Shown here piece after piece: positions 22,926-33,268 of a stretch of 46,669 bases of DNA. Origin of the DNA: Collinsella aerofaciens (GTDB lineage Bacteria; Actinomycetota; Coriobacteriia; Coriobacteriales; Coriobacteriaceae). Position 1 is the stretch's first letter; each line of letters starts with the position of its first letter. The stretch spans positions 1-46,669 of the forward strand of contig CAJKGV010000001.1 in assembly GCA_905199455.1 (NCBI GenBank), read 5' to 3'. The position numbers and the translations under genes are program-made. A model generated the notes under the pieces. The model searched no databases, was not told where the DNA came from, and saw only the letters and a list, made by a program, of their open reading frames with translations.

Positions 22926-24887
22926 CTAGTTGGTCGTACCGGAATCGTCACCCGAGCCCGAACCCGAGCCCGAACCCGAGCCAGAAAGTGCGACCGTCAG
23001 CGTAATCGTGCTGTCGGTGGACTGCTTGCCAGTGGGGGAGACGCCCGTAACGGTGGCATCCTCGTTACCGCTTACGGGATTGCCGTTCTGGTCACAGAAG
23101 CCAATGTTATAGAAGCCGGCGTTGTTGAGCGCGGTAACAGCGGCGGAAATGCTCTTACCGTACAGGTTGCCCGGGACGGTGGCCTTGCCGGACTTCTTGG
23201 CAATGACGACGGTAATCGTGGCGCCGGGCTTCTGCTTGCCACTGGGGTTCCAGCTGATCACGGTGCCCTCGGTAACCGAGTCGTTCTCCTGGTAGCTCAC
23301 GTCGACGCCAAAGCCTGCCATATCGAGGGCGTTGCGCGCCTGGGCCTCGGTCATGTCGGTCAGATCGGGGACGGACGTGGTATCCGGGCCGCCCGAGACC
23401 TTGTACGAGATGGTCGTGCCCTTCGCGACTTCCTTACCGGCTCCGGTGCCCTGCTCAAAGACCTGGCCCTCATCGGCCTCGTTGGCCTCCTCGGAGGCGT
23501 TGCCCTTCAGGCCAACGCTTGCCAGCGCGGCTTCTGCCTGGTCCTTGGTCAGGCCGACAAGCTGGGGAACCTCAACCTTCTCGGAGGGCTTGGGGCCCTT
23601 GGAGATTACCAGGTTCACCTTGGTGCCCTTGGCCTTCTTGGTGTTGCCGTTGGGCGTCTGCTCGGCGACCTTGCCCTCGTCGACATCGTCGTTGTAGCTT
23701 TGGTCGATGGTGCCGACCTCGAGGCCGGCTTCCTTGATCAGCTCGACGGCAGTCTGCTGGTCCTTGCCCAGCACATCGGGCACGGTGACCTGCTCGCCGC
23801 CAAAGAGTCCTGTGGCAAAGGCCACCACGATGCCGATGACGGCAACCGCTGCCACCACGGCGGCGATGATCTTGTTCTTGTTGGATTTGGGCTTTTCGAC
23901 CTCGTAGGAGCCGGTGGAGCCCGAAACCGAGCTACGGGCGGTATTTTGGCCGCTCACGCCCGAGACGGGACGCACCATGGCGCGCGTCTGATCGGAAAGC
24001 TCGCGAGTCTTGGTGGCGCCCAGTTCACCGGGGGCACCGATGATGCGCGTGGGCTCCGAGACGTTGACGGCACGGCCCGACAGGTAGCTGTTGAGCACCT
24101 GACGCAGCTCGTCGGCGGTCTGGAAGCGGTTTGCGGGGTCCTTCTCCATGCACTTGAGGATGATGCGCTCAAGGTCGGCGTCGACACCGGAGTTGATCTG
24201 GCTCGGCGGAATAGGCAGCTCGTTGACCTGCTTGAGTGCGACCGAGATAGCGTCGTCACCGTCAAAGGGAACGCGGCCGGTGGCGCACTCGTACATCACG
24301 ACGCCCAGCGAGTAGATATCCGAGGTGGGGCCGAGGTCCTGACCGCGGGTCTGCTCGGGGCTGACGTAGTGGGCGGTCCCCAGCACGTTGTTGTCTTGCG
24401 TGAGGTGGCTGTTCTTGGCGCGCGCGATGCCAAAGTCCATGACCTTGATGTTGCCGTCGGGCAGCACCATGATGTTCTGCGGCTTGATGTCGCGGTGGAT
24501 GATCTCGTGCTTGTGGGCGACCGAAAGCGCGGAGCTGATCTGCGAGCCGATCTGGGCGACCTTCTTGGGGTCGAGGGCGCCGTGGCTCTTGATGCCGCTC
24601 TTAAGGTCGGTACCGCGCAGGTACTCCATGACGATGTAATAGGTGTCGCCGTCCTTGCCCCAATCGTAGACGCCCACGATATAGGGGGAGGAGAGACCGG
24701 CTGCTGCCTGGGCCTCCTGCTTAAAGCGTGCGGCGAAGGTTGCGTCGCCAGCATACTGCGGCAGCATGATCTTGACGGCTACCGTGCGGTCGAGGACCTG
24801 GTCCTGTGCACGGTAGACGGTCGCCATGCCGCCTGTTCCCACCTTATCCTTGAGGAGGTATCTTCCCCCGAGGACCCTCTGTTCCAT
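22926..24887 (-). CDS. pknB: PASTA-domain Ser/Thr protein kinase PknB/Stk1
   Basis: GTGGMATVY, VAVK, HRDIKPQN, DFG, GTAHYVSPE; TM helix; four PASTA-like repeats (VPDV, VPQL, VPDL, VPGN); GS tail. Confidence 0.96.
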   Translation of the reverse strand: MEQRVLGGRYLLKDKVGTGGMATVYRAQDQVLDRTVAVKIMLPQYAGDATFAARFKQEAQAAAGLSSPYIVGVYDWGKDGDTYYIVMEYLRGTDLKSGIKSHGALDPKKVAQIGSQISSALSVAHKHEIIHRDIKPQNIMVLPDGNIKVMDFGIARAKNSHLTQDNNVLGTAHYVSPEQTRGQDLGPTSDIYSLGVVMYECATGRVPFDGDDAISVALKQVNELPIPPSQINSGVDADLERIILKCMEKDPANRFQTADELRQVLNSYLSGRAVNVSEPTRIIGAPGELGATKTRELSDQTRAMVRPVSGVSGQNTARSSVSGSTGSYEVEKPKSNKNKIIAAVVAAVAVIGIVVAFATGLFGGEQVTVPDVLGKDQQTAVELIKEAGLEVGTIDQSYNDDVDEGKVAEQTPNGNTKKAKGTKVNLVISKGPKPSEKVEVPQLVGLTKDQAEAALASVGLKGNASEEANEADEGQVFEQGTGAGKEVAKGTTISYKVSGGPDTTSVPDLTDMTEAQARNALDMAGFGVDVSYQENDSVTEGTVISWNPSGKQKPGATITVVIAKKSGKATVPGNLYGKSISAAVTALNNAGFYNIGFCDQNGNPVSGNEDATVTGVSPTGKQSTDSTITLTVALSGSGSGSGSGSGDDSGTTN

Positions 24888-25019
24888 TCCTGCTCCTAAC
24901 ATAACTATTCGCTCAACGATGTGTGTAGTACCTACGATGTGGCCGCTGGGGCCGTGTGGCGCGTTGCCGCTAACTCTTCGGCCGCGGCGCGCCTCGGGTG
25001 TCCGATTCGATCATGGGCA

Positions 25020-27890
25020 TCACGCTCCCTGTGCGGCAAGCGCCGCGGTCAGGACAATGCCGGCGATCTTGGCGGCCTCGACGTCATGCTTGTCGTAATC
25101 CTCTAAGGCCACCGAGATAGCGACCGTGGGTGAATCGTAAGGTGCAAAGCCAACGAACATCGAGTTGACGTTGGTGCCGCCGGTCTCGGCCGAGCCAGTC
25201 TTGCCGGCGACCTTGACGCCGGGGATTTGGGCATCGGTGCCGGTGCCGGACTGGACGACGGCAAGCATGGCCTGCTTGACCTGGTCGGCCGTGGCGGAGC
25301 TGACGGCCTGACCCAGCGAGCGGGACTGCGTGGTCTTGACCACGGTTCCGTCCGGGGCGAGTACCTGGGCTACAAAGTACGGGTCCATGACCACGCCGCT
25401 GTTAGCGATGGCGGCGGCAATCACGGCGTTTTGCATGACAGTGGTCTGCGGGCCGGGCGTGTGGTCCATGCCGACAGGCTGGCCGGCGCCGGCCCAGGCG
25501 GTCTCCCACTCGGTCATGAGCGACGGGTCGGCCATGATGGAGGCCGCGGAGGTCAGGTCCTGGCCGAGCTTTTGGCCATAGCCAAAGGCGTTGGCAAACT
25601 GCACGAGCGTGTTTGCGCCAACTTCGTTTGCCACCTGGCCAAAGACGACGTTGGAGGACACGGCAAAGGCCTGCTGCAGGCTGATGGTGCCGTAGCTCTC
25701 GTTGGCAGAGTTGGTGACCGGTGCGTTGCCGATGTCCATGGAGCCGGGCGCCTGGTAGGTGCTGGTAAGGCTGGCGGTACCGGTCTCGAGTGCCGCGGAA
25801 AGCGTAACGACCTTAAACGTTGAGCCCGGCGTGTACAGCGCGTCCATGGCGCGATTGTACATGGAGCCGTCCTCGCCGCCGCCCGTCTGCAGCAGGGCAT
25901 CGATGTTGGTGTTGTCGTAGGTGGGCGAGCTGGCACATGCGAGAACCGCGCCGGTACGCGGGTCGATGACCACTACAGCGCCCTTAAAGCCCTTGAGTGC
26001 CTGCTCAGCAGCCGTCTGGATGCGCGAGTCGATGGTGAGCTTGGCGGTGTTGCCCGGCTGGGTCTGGCCCGCGAGCGACGCGATGGCGTTGTTCCAGCTG
26101 GAGTAATCCTTGGAGCCGGTGAGCGTATCGTTCATGACGCTCTCGATGCCGGTGGTGCCATACTGCTGGCTCACGTAGCCAACCACGTGCGCTGCCAGGT
26201 TACCGTTGGGGTAGGAGCGTACGTAGGTGCCGTCCTCCTGCTGCAGCGACTCGGCCAGCGTCACGCCGTCGGACGTGATGATGGAGCCGCGCTGGATGTA
26301 CTTGGAGCGGGCGATGGTGTGGTTGTTGGTCGGCATGTCCTGATAGTCCTTGGCCTTGATGACCTGGACATAGGTGAGGTTGCCGATAAGGATGGCGAAC
26401 AGCGCCGTAAAGGCGAGCACCGCACGGGTTAGACGGTTGGCGAGCGCAACGCGGCCGAGCACACCGGATTCAGGCGTGTCGAGCAGGCGACGGCGCATAC
26501 GCGAGCCGACGGAATGGCTGCCGCTGCCGTAGGAAGACGAGGTGGCAAAGCGCGTGCCCGTCGGGGCGGCGGCAGATGCGACCTGATCATCGGTGATGGC
26601 AGCCATGGTGCCGGTGCCGGTAAGCTCGGCCTCGCGTCCGGTCGCCTCGTCACCGGCGCGCAGCAGGAGCGCGACGATGATAAAGCTCGCCAGCAGCGAG
26701 GAACCGCCCTGGCTCATAAAGGGCAGGGTGACGCCGGTCAGCGGGATCAGGCGGGTTACGCCGCCAACGATCAAGAAGGCCTGGAAGCTGATGGCGGCCG
26801 TAAGGCCCGTGGCGCTAAAGGCGGCGAGGTCGGATTTAGCGCGAGCAGCCGTGGTCAGGCCGCGAACGGCAAAGAGCATAAACAGGATGAGCACGGCGCC
26901 GCCGCCCAAAAGGCCCATCTCCTCGCCGATAGCCGAGAAGATAAAGTCGGACTCGACGACAGGGATGTTGTTGGCCATGCCGTTGCCGATGCCAACACCG
27001 ACCAGGCCGCCATCGGCAAGCGAGAAGAGCGACTGGACGATCTGGTAGCCCTGACCCTGGGCGTCCTTAAACGGATCGACCCAAACCTGGAAACGCACCT
27101 GAACGTGCGATAGGAACTTGTAGGCGCCCACGGCTCCGACGGCTAAGAGCGCAAGGCCGATAACGACATACGAAAAGCGCCCCGTGGCAACGTAGAGCAT
27201 CAGCAAGAAGATGGTGTAGAACAGCACGGCCGAACCCAGATCGCGTTCGAAGACGACGACGAGCAGGCACACACCCCACACGGCAAACAGCGGCAGCAGC
27301 AGTCGCAGGCGAGGGATCTTAAAGCCCAGGATCTTGCGGTTGGAGATGGAGAGCAGCTCGCGGTTCTCGGCCAGGTACCCGGCCAGGAACAGCACGATAA
27401 AGACCTTGGCGAACTCGCCGGGCTGGATGGTAAAGCCCGCGATGCGAATCCACAGCTTGGAGCCCGAGATCGTGGTGCCGATAAAGATAGGCAGCATCAG
27501 CAGGATGATGCCGATGATGCCAAAGGTGTACTTGTAGCGCATGACCACGTCGAGGTTTTTGACCAGTGCGAGCGTTCCCACCATCAGGGCCACCGAGACA
27601 AACAGGATGATGAGCTGTGAGATGGCGAGAGCGGGGGCGAGACGCGTCACGAACGTGATGCCGATGCCCGAAAGTATAAATACGATGGGTAGGATGGCGG
27701 GGTCGGCACCGGGTGCCAAGATGCGCACGGCAATGTGGGCCGCGGCAAAGGCGGCAAAGAGGCCGATCGGTACGGCGAGCGTCTCAAAGGAGATGGCAGC
27801 GCCCGCGGTGAGCACGTACATCGCATACAGCAGGATGACGGGGAACGCCGAGGCGATGAGCAAGAGCAGCTCGGTGTTGCGGCGACTCAT
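25020..27890 (-). CDS. RodA (SEDS glycosyltransferase) fused to class B penicillin-binding protein PbpA
   Basis: SEDS motifs IQPGEFAK, ERDLG, SDFIFSAIGEEMG and TGVTLPFMSQGGSS, then in frame RGSIITSDG and transpeptidase motifs STFK, SSN and KTG. Confidence 0.95.
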   Translation of the reverse strand: MSRRNTELLLLIASAFPVILLYAMYVLTAGAAISFETLAVPIGLFAAFAAAHIAVRILAPGADPAILPIVFILSGIGITFVTRLAPALAISQLIILFVSVALMVGTLALVKNLDVVMRYKYTFGIIGIILLMLPIFIGTTISGSKLWIRIAGFTIQPGEFAKVFIVLFLAGYLAENRELLSISNRKILGFKIPRLRLLLPLFAVWGVCLLVVVFERDLGSAVLFYTIFLLMLYVATGRFSYVVIGLALLAVGAVGAYKFLSHVQVRFQVWVDPFKDAQGQGYQIVQSLFSLADGGLVGVGIGNGMANNIPVVESDFIFSAIGEEMGLLGGGAVLILFMLFAVRGLTTAARAKSDLAAFSATGLTAAISFQAFLIVGGVTRLIPLTGVTLPFMSQGGSSLLASFIIVALLLRAGDEATGREAELTGTGTMAAITDDQVASAAAPTGTRFATSSSYGSGSHSVGSRMRRRLLDTPESGVLGRVALANRLTRAVLAFTALFAILIGNLTYVQVIKAKDYQDMPTNNHTIARSKYIQRGSIITSDGVTLAESLQQEDGTYVRSYPNGNLAAHVVGYVSQQYGTTGIESVMNDTLTGSKDYSSWNNAIASLAGQTQPGNTAKLTIDSRIQTAAEQALKGFKGAVVVIDPRTGAVLACASSPTYDNTNIDALLQTGGGEDGSMYNRAMDALYTPGSTFKVVTLSAALETGTASLTSTYQAPGSMDIGNAPVTNSANESYGTISLQQAFAVSSNVVFGQVANEVGANTLVQFANAFGYGQKLGQDLTSAASIMADPSLMTEWETAWAGAGQPVGMDHTPGPQTTVMQNAVIAAAIANSGVVMDPYFVAQVLAPDGTVVKTTQSRSLGQAVSSATADQVKQAMLAVVQSGTGTDAQIPGVKVAGKTGSAETGGTNVNSMFVGFAPYDSPTVAISVALEDYDKHDVEAAKIAGIVLTAALAAQGA

Positions 27891-27906
27891 AAGCGGCACT
27901 CCCTTT

Positions 27907-29841
27907 CTAATTCTTATCGGAGGCTTCGGCCTCGGCGGACTGTTCGGCGGTTTTCTCGGAATCTGATTCGGAGGTCGATCCCTGATTGGTGTTGTCGCGA
28001 ATCGTTTGCGCGTCGATCACCTGGCGGGTCTGCTCCTCGTCGATCTGGTGGCGGTACTTGGATATCGTGTCCTGCGCATCGTCAACACTTGTTTGGGGAA
28101 TACCCGCCTTGAGGCGGTTTTGCGTGTCTTCGGGCAGGTCGGATAGCTTGATGCTGGTTTCGCTCTCGAGCCAGTGGAGCTTGAGTCCGAGCGGCTTGCC
28201 GGGCAGGCCGCGCCAGACGGCGACATTGCCCTGGTAGGTACCCAGGTAGTACGAGCCGGTGATACCCGTGTAGGCCCAGATGCCAGCTGCCAGCACAAAG
28301 ACGAGGGCCAGGATGGCGGCGATAGTAATGTTGCGGCGACGCACGCGCTGCGCCTCGCGCATAACGCCATCGTCAACCAGGTCAACGACTACTACGGTCA
28401 CGTTGTCGTGGCCGCCGGCGGCAAGCGCCGCGTCCACTAGGTTGTCGACGCAGATTTGCGCGGTTGAGGACTGCGTGGCGATGTTCTCGATATCGCTATC
28501 GGGAATCATGCTCGAAAGGCCGTCGGAGCACAGGATCAGACGGTCGCCTTCCTCGATATGCAGAGTGAAGTGGTCGGCATACATAGCGGGGTCCGAGCCC
28601 AGCGCGCGGGTGATGACCGAACGGTTGGGGTGGACGCGAGCCTCATCTGCCGTGATCTCGCCGGCGTCCACTAGCTCCTCCACGTAGGAGTGGTCGCGGG
28701 TCACGCGGATGAGCGTGCCCTCGTGGAGCAGGTAGGCGCGAGAGTCACCCACGTGGGCGATGGCGAGCGTGTCGTTTTCGATATAGGCGCAAGTGGCTGT
28801 GCAGCCCATGCCGGGCTTGCCCAGGCCATTCAAGGCAGCCTCGATTACGGCGGCGTTGGCGGCCTCGACGGCTGCCGCCAGGCGTGCGGCGTCGGCAGAC
28901 TGAGGAGCTGTCTTGGCGATGGTCTCGACAGCGATAGAAGAGGCCACCTCGCCGGCAGCGTGACCACCCATGCCGTCGCATACGCAAAAGAGCGGCGACT
29001 GCACCAGGTAGGAATCCTCATTGTGCGGGCGCACGCAGCCAACGTCGGAGCGGGCGCCCCACATGAGTTGCGTGGTGGTGCCGGCATCATAGGTCGAGTC
29101 GGTCTCGATGCGCTCCTCGGTTAGGGGTTCAAAGCTCATGGTCGAGCCGGGGTCTTTGAGCTTGGCCTCAACGGCGGCAACGTCGATTTCGGCTGTGTCA
29201 CCGGGAGAGACGGTGTCGGTCTCGGCGTTTGATTCGGAATCGCCGGTGTCCGGGGAGTCGGGCTCCTCGGAAACGCGGGCGGTCGACTCGTCATCTTGCG
29301 GGCTGACGTCTATAGGCTCGGGCGTCGCAAAGTGCGACGGCGCGGGCGTGTTTTGCGACTGGGCGGCGGGCTCGGCCACGGCATCGGACTCGCTTGCGGG
29401 CGCAGGCTGCGGGGTCTTGGGTGCAGGGCCGTCCTCGGGGGATGTCCCCGCCTCGGGCGCCGGCGTAGACGCGGGCGCAACCTCGGATGCCGGGGCTATG
29501 GGAAACGCCGGCGCGGCGGGCTCGGGTGCCGCAAACACCGCAGCGCTCTCGTTGATTGCCGCGGCGAAGGGCTCTGCAAAGTGAGCCGGCGCCGGGGTTG
29601 CTTCGGGCGCTGTGGGCTGTTCCGCAGCATGTGCGCCGATGGGCGCCGCTACGGTATCCTCTTCGTCCTCGTTATCGGCGAGATCCGAAATATCATGCGT
29701 TACATGCGAAAGAGGCAGGGAGAACACGGTGTCCTCGGGCTCCACGGGTGCGGAGCCCGCCGGAGCGGCGTGGGCCGGTGCAGCTGTGGCGGCGGCCGGT
29801 GCCTCGGTCATAGTTGCGGACTTGTTCTCCTCGTCGATCAT
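27907..29841 (-). CDS. pstP: PP2C Ser/Thr phosphatase PstP/Stp1 with long disordered N-terminal extension and C-terminal TM anchor
   Basis: RPHNEDS, VCDGMGGHAAGEVAS, HVGDSRAY, ILCSDGL and GGHDNVT. Confidence 0.92.
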   Translation of the reverse strand: MIDEENKSATMTEAPAAATAAPAHAAPAGSAPVEPEDTVFSLPLSHVTHDISDLADNEDEEDTVAAPIGAHAAEQPTAPEATPAPAHFAEPFAAAINESAAVFAAPEPAAPAFPIAPASEVAPASTPAPEAGTSPEDGPAPKTPQPAPASESDAVAEPAAQSQNTPAPSHFATPEPIDVSPQDDESTARVSEEPDSPDTGDSESNAETDTVSPGDTAEIDVAAVEAKLKDPGSTMSFEPLTEERIETDSTYDAGTTTQLMWGARSDVGCVRPHNEDSYLVQSPLFCVCDGMGGHAAGEVASSIAVETIAKTAPQSADAARLAAAVEAANAAVIEAALNGLGKPGMGCTATCAYIENDTLAIAHVGDSRAYLLHEGTLIRVTRDHSYVEELVDAGEITADEARVHPNRSVITRALGSDPAMYADHFTLHIEEGDRLILCSDGLSSMIPDSDIENIATQSSTAQICVDNLVDAALAAGGHDNVTVVVVDLVDDGVMREAQRVRRRNITIAAILALVFVLAAGIWAYTGITGSYYLGTYQGNVAVWRGLPGKPLGLKLHWLESETSIKLSDLPEDTQNRLKAGIPQTSVDDAQDTISKYRHQIDEEQTRQVIDAQTIRDNTNQGSTSESDSEKTAEQSAEAEASDKN

Positions 29842-30254
29842 CGACGGTTCACCTTCATGACCACGTCGCCAATCTGGACTTCGTCGCCCTCACGCAGCGT
29901 CGCGGGCTCCACGAGCTGGCGGCCGTTGACGAGCGTGCCGTTAAGCGAGTTGAGGTCCTCGATGATGAGCGCCGGGCCCTGCAGCGAAAAGCGCGCATGC
30001 GAGGCCGAGACGAACGGTTCGTTGATGCAGATGTCCGAAGATGGCGAGCGACCGACGATGACGGGGCCGAGCATGTCTACGTGGATGCCGCGGATACCGC
30101 GCGGACCCTTGTCCACATCAATCGTCCAGATAGCCGAGTCGCGGCGCTGCCCGCGCACAAGTCCCACGCCGGTCTTCATGACGGCGAACAGGAAGATATA
30201 GAGCAGGGCGACCAGGACGATGCGGCCTGCAAAAAGGACGATATCGATGTTCAT
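29838..30254 (-). CDS. fhaB: Membrane-anchored FHA protein FhaB/FipA
   Basis: N-terminal TM helix; FHA motifs GR, VSASHA and DLNSLNGT. Stop overlaps the pstP start (ATGA). Confidence 0.9.
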   Translation of the reverse strand: MNIDIVLFAGRIVLVALLYIFLFAVMKTGVGLVRGQRRDSAIWTIDVDKGPRGIRGIHVDMLGPVIVGRSPSSDICINEPFVSASHARFSLQGPALIIEDLNSLNGTLVNGRQLVEPATLREGDEVQIGDVVMKVNRR

Positions 30255-30260
30255 AAGCGA

Positions 30261-31274
30261 CTATCCCCTAAATTCAAAGGTGCTCAGGCCAAACGTCAGC
30301 AGATCGCCGTTGCGCAGCGGGCAGCGCGTAATGCGGCGGTTGTTGACGAGCGTGCCGTTGGTGGAATTGAGGTCCTCGATCGACCAATCCGAGCCCGTAA
30401 AGGTGAGCTGGGCGTGGCGACGCGACACGTTGGGGTCGCGCAGGGCAATGTCGGAAACCGAGCGCTCGCGACCGATAGTCACCTGTGCGGAGGTGATGCT
30501 ATGGCTCTCGCCGCTCACGACGTCAACGAGCTGGGCGAGCGGGCGCTGCGGGGCGCGAGTGCTCGCCATGTTGGAGGCGATGCCGGCTGCGGCGCCTAGG
30601 CCCACGGCGGCACCGGTCGCGGCGGCTCCGCCCATGCCGGCAAGCGCGTCGCGCGAGACGGTCTGCGGCACCGGGATAGGTGCGGCGGCGGGGTCGGGGA
30701 CGCTAGGCGCGAAGGGGTCTGCCGCGGCAAGCGGGTCGGGAGCGGCGGCGCGAGGCGTCGGCTGCTGCTGGGGCATGGCGGCGGGGCGCTGCTGCTGCGG
30801 GGCAGCAAACTGCTGCTGGCCGGCGCGCGGGGCGCTGGCGGCACGGCTTGCCGCGGAGTTGTTCTGGCCCAGGCCGTTTTGATAGGCGCGCTCTTCTTCG
30901 TACAGGCGGCCGAGCGTGGGGGCATCGACGTTCTCGGCAAAGACCGAGAACTTGCCGGCGCGCAGCTGCGGATCGATCATAAAGCGCACGAGGGGCTCGC
31001 CGACAAAGACATAGCGGCGCTTTTCGGCCTGCGCCTTCACAAACTCGCGGACCTCGCGCGAAAGCTCGGGGTAGAACGGGGCGAGCATGGGATCGTCGTC
31101 GGCGGCGATAAGGATGGTATAGAGTGCCGGCGCCGTGTTGACGCCGTTGATCACCAGAGTCTGATCCTCCATGTCGCGAGCGGCCTGCTTGGCAAGCTTC
31201 TTAAAGGAGAACGGGGCACGGGTGGCACCGAAGATGCCGGCCACGTGGTCCTCGAAGATGTTCAGGAAGTTCAC
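30261..31274 (-). CDS. fhaA: FhaA (DUF3662 domain, low-complexity linker, FHA domain)
   Basis: N-terminal DUF3662-like domain; C-terminal IGR...VSRRHA...DLNSTNGT; position in the cluster. Confidence 0.9.
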   Translation of the reverse strand: MNFLNIFEDHVAGIFGATRAPFSFKKLAKQAARDMEDQTLVINGVNTAPALYTILIAADDDPMLAPFYPELSREVREFVKAQAEKRRYVFVGEPLVRFMIDPQLRAGKFSVFAENVDAPTLGRLYEEERAYQNGLGQNNSAASRAASAPRAGQQQFAAPQQQRPAAMPQQQPTPRAAAPDPLAAADPFAPSVPDPAAAPIPVPQTVSRDALAGMGGAAATGAAVGLGAAAGIASNMASTRAPQRPLAQLVDVVSGESHSITSAQVTIGRERSVSDIALRDPNVSRRHAQLTFTGSDWSIEDLNSTNGTLVNNRRITRCPLRNGDLLTFGLSTFEFRG

Positions 31275-33130
31275 GAAAGATCACTCTCCGTATAGGTTCT
31301 TTGGTATCCGAGCAAATATAGGCATATCCCAACGATTATAGAGGATAGGGTTCCCGCAACCGCCGCCTTGGCGACGACCGCGGCTGCAAGGCCGGCAATT
31401 TCCATATGGTGTGCAAGACAGGACGCCGCTGCGCAGCCGATGCCGGTGACAGCGATGGCGGCGATTGCGGCAAGGTTTGAGCCCTGATCGGCACGCTTGG
31501 CATGGGCATTGAGCAGCGCAGATGACGCTGCGGCAGTTGCCGCGACCAGCACAAAGGCAGCCCAAAGGAGCGGGTCTCCCAGCGCTGCGGCAACGTTACC
31601 GAGCCCCAGTACGCCTCCGGCTGAAAGCGCGACCGTGGCCAGACGGGCAAAAAGCGCGCCCATGCCCGTTGCCGCTGCGGCGCTTGCCGGGCCGAGCCAA
31701 AATGACGCGACGCCGGCGGCGACCCCAGCTGCCAGGAAGGTATTGCCGGTCAGACAGCCAAGCGCGAGTGCACAGGTGAGCGCGGCGCTCGCGGCAGCCT
31801 CGGTGCGACCCCAGGCGATCCACCAACCGGACATGGCGGCGGCAAAGATCACCGCGACGGGCAACATCGACAGGATGCCCTGTGCCTGCATGGTGGCGTT
31901 GGCCATGAGCACCAAAAAGCCCACAGCCGAGATGGCCGAGCCAATCTGGGGGGCCAGGCCAGCCGCCGCTCCGATCGCGATAGCCGCAATGGCCAGGCCG
32001 GGAAGCGCCGCGACCCCAGCCGCTTGCATCAGCAAAAAGCTAAAGGCGCCGCACGCTAGCGCCGAGATAGCACGCATGGTGTAGTCGCGCGCATGGCTCC
32101 AGCGCGTGCCCGCCCAGCCGAGTGCGGGGTCGACTTCGATGACGTCGTCCTCGTAGTACGACGGCTCGATATCGTCGAGCTCCTGCTCGTCATCCGAAAG
32201 CTCGCCAACCATTTGCTCCAAGCTGCGACGGCCCTCGCGCACGCTGCCCAGACCGGCAAGGAGCTGGTCGCAAAATGCCTCGATGCTGCTGGGGCGGTCC
32301 TGCGGCATGGGGGAGAGCGCACTCATGAGCGTGGCCTCGGCTCCTGGGGGAAAGTGTGGTATCAGCTCGCTGGGATAGGTGGCGCCGCCGATGATGCGGT
32401 CGAGCGAGTCGGCGGGCGTGGCCGCCATAAAGGGAGCGCTGCCGCACAAGCCCTCATAGATAACGCAAGCAAGGGCAAAGACATCAGCGCGTTCGTCGAC
32501 CGTGCCGGTCTCGATATCGAGCTGCTCGGGCGGCATATAGCCGATGGTGCCGCCGCGCGAGCCGCCAAAGCCACCGGCGGACGACAGTCGCGCCATGCCA
32601 AAGTCGGTGAGCTTTACATTGCCCGAGTGGTCGATGAGCACGTTGGCGGGCTTAATGTCCAGGTGGAGTACGCCATTACTATGGGCAAAGGTGAGCGCCT
32701 GCCCCAGCGCGTCGGCAATGGCCGCCGCCTCGTCAAAGGTGAGCGAATGGCCGTCAACTCGATGCAAAAACTCGGCGAGCGACATGCCATCGACATATTC
32801 CATAACCAGGTAGGCATAGGCGGTGTCGTGCGTAAAGTCGATGACCTGCACGATATTGGGATGTTGAAGCATGGCGGCAGTGTGTGCCTCGCGCAGGACA
32901 TCCATGATGTCGCTGGCGGGCATGCCGGCACCGTTGATAAGGGGGATGCGCTTAATGGCGACGCGGCGGCGCAGGTGTGTGTCGCGGCAGATCTCGATGG
33001 AGCCAAAACCGCCGGTCGCAAGTGTCTCGAGCGGCTGGTACCGCTTGAGCAGCTCGCGAGAGCTGGTGCCCTCCAAAGGAACGTCCGGCGAGAACCGGGC
33101 GGTATGTTGCGAGAAAAGCGGCATGGCCAA
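31271..33130 (-). CDS. Non-RD Ser/Thr protein kinase with polytopic membrane C-terminus
   Basis: TGGFGS, VAIK, HLDIKPAN, DFG, GTIGYMPPE, then many hydrophobic helices. Stop overlaps the fhaA start. Exact start uncertain (33130 or 33124). Confidence 0.9.
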   Translation of the reverse strand: MAMPLFSQHTARFSPDVPLEGTSSRELLKRYQPLETLATGGFGSIEICRDTHLRRRVAIKRIPLINGAGMPASDIMDVLREAHTAAMLQHPNIVQVIDFTHDTAYAYLVMEYVDGMSLAEFLHRVDGHSLTFDEAAAIADALGQALTFAHSNGVLHLDIKPANVLIDHSGNVKLTDFGMARLSSAGGFGGSRGGTIGYMPPEQLDIETGTVDERADVFALACVIYEGLCGSAPFMAATPADSLDRIIGGATYPSELIPHFPPGAEATLMSALSPMPQDRPSSIEAFCDQLLAGLGSVREGRRSLEQMVGELSDDEQELDDIEPSYYEDDVIEVDPALGWAGTRWSHARDYTMRAISALACGAFSFLLMQAAGVAALPGLAIAAIAIGAAAGLAPQIGSAISAVGFLVLMANATMQAQGILSMLPVAVIFAAAMSGWWIAWGRTEAAASAALTCALALGCLTGNTFLAAGVAAGVASFWLGPASAAAATGMGALFARLATVALSAGGVLGLGNVAAALGDPLLWAAFVLVAATAAASSALLNAHAKRADQGSNLAAIAAIAVTGIGCAAASCLAHHMEIAGLAAAVVAKAAVAGTLSSIIVGICLYLLGYQRTYTESDLS

Positions 33131-33268
33131 CCCTCGTGCGTTTAAAGTTCGTTTGCGAGTGGCGGGCGCGGAGCCGAGCCGTTCGCGGTGGCATAGATGC
33201 TGCTAGTGTAGCACGCTCGGGTGCATGGGGAGGATAGCGGGATGCGAGGTTGCCTGTCTGACTTGGCC

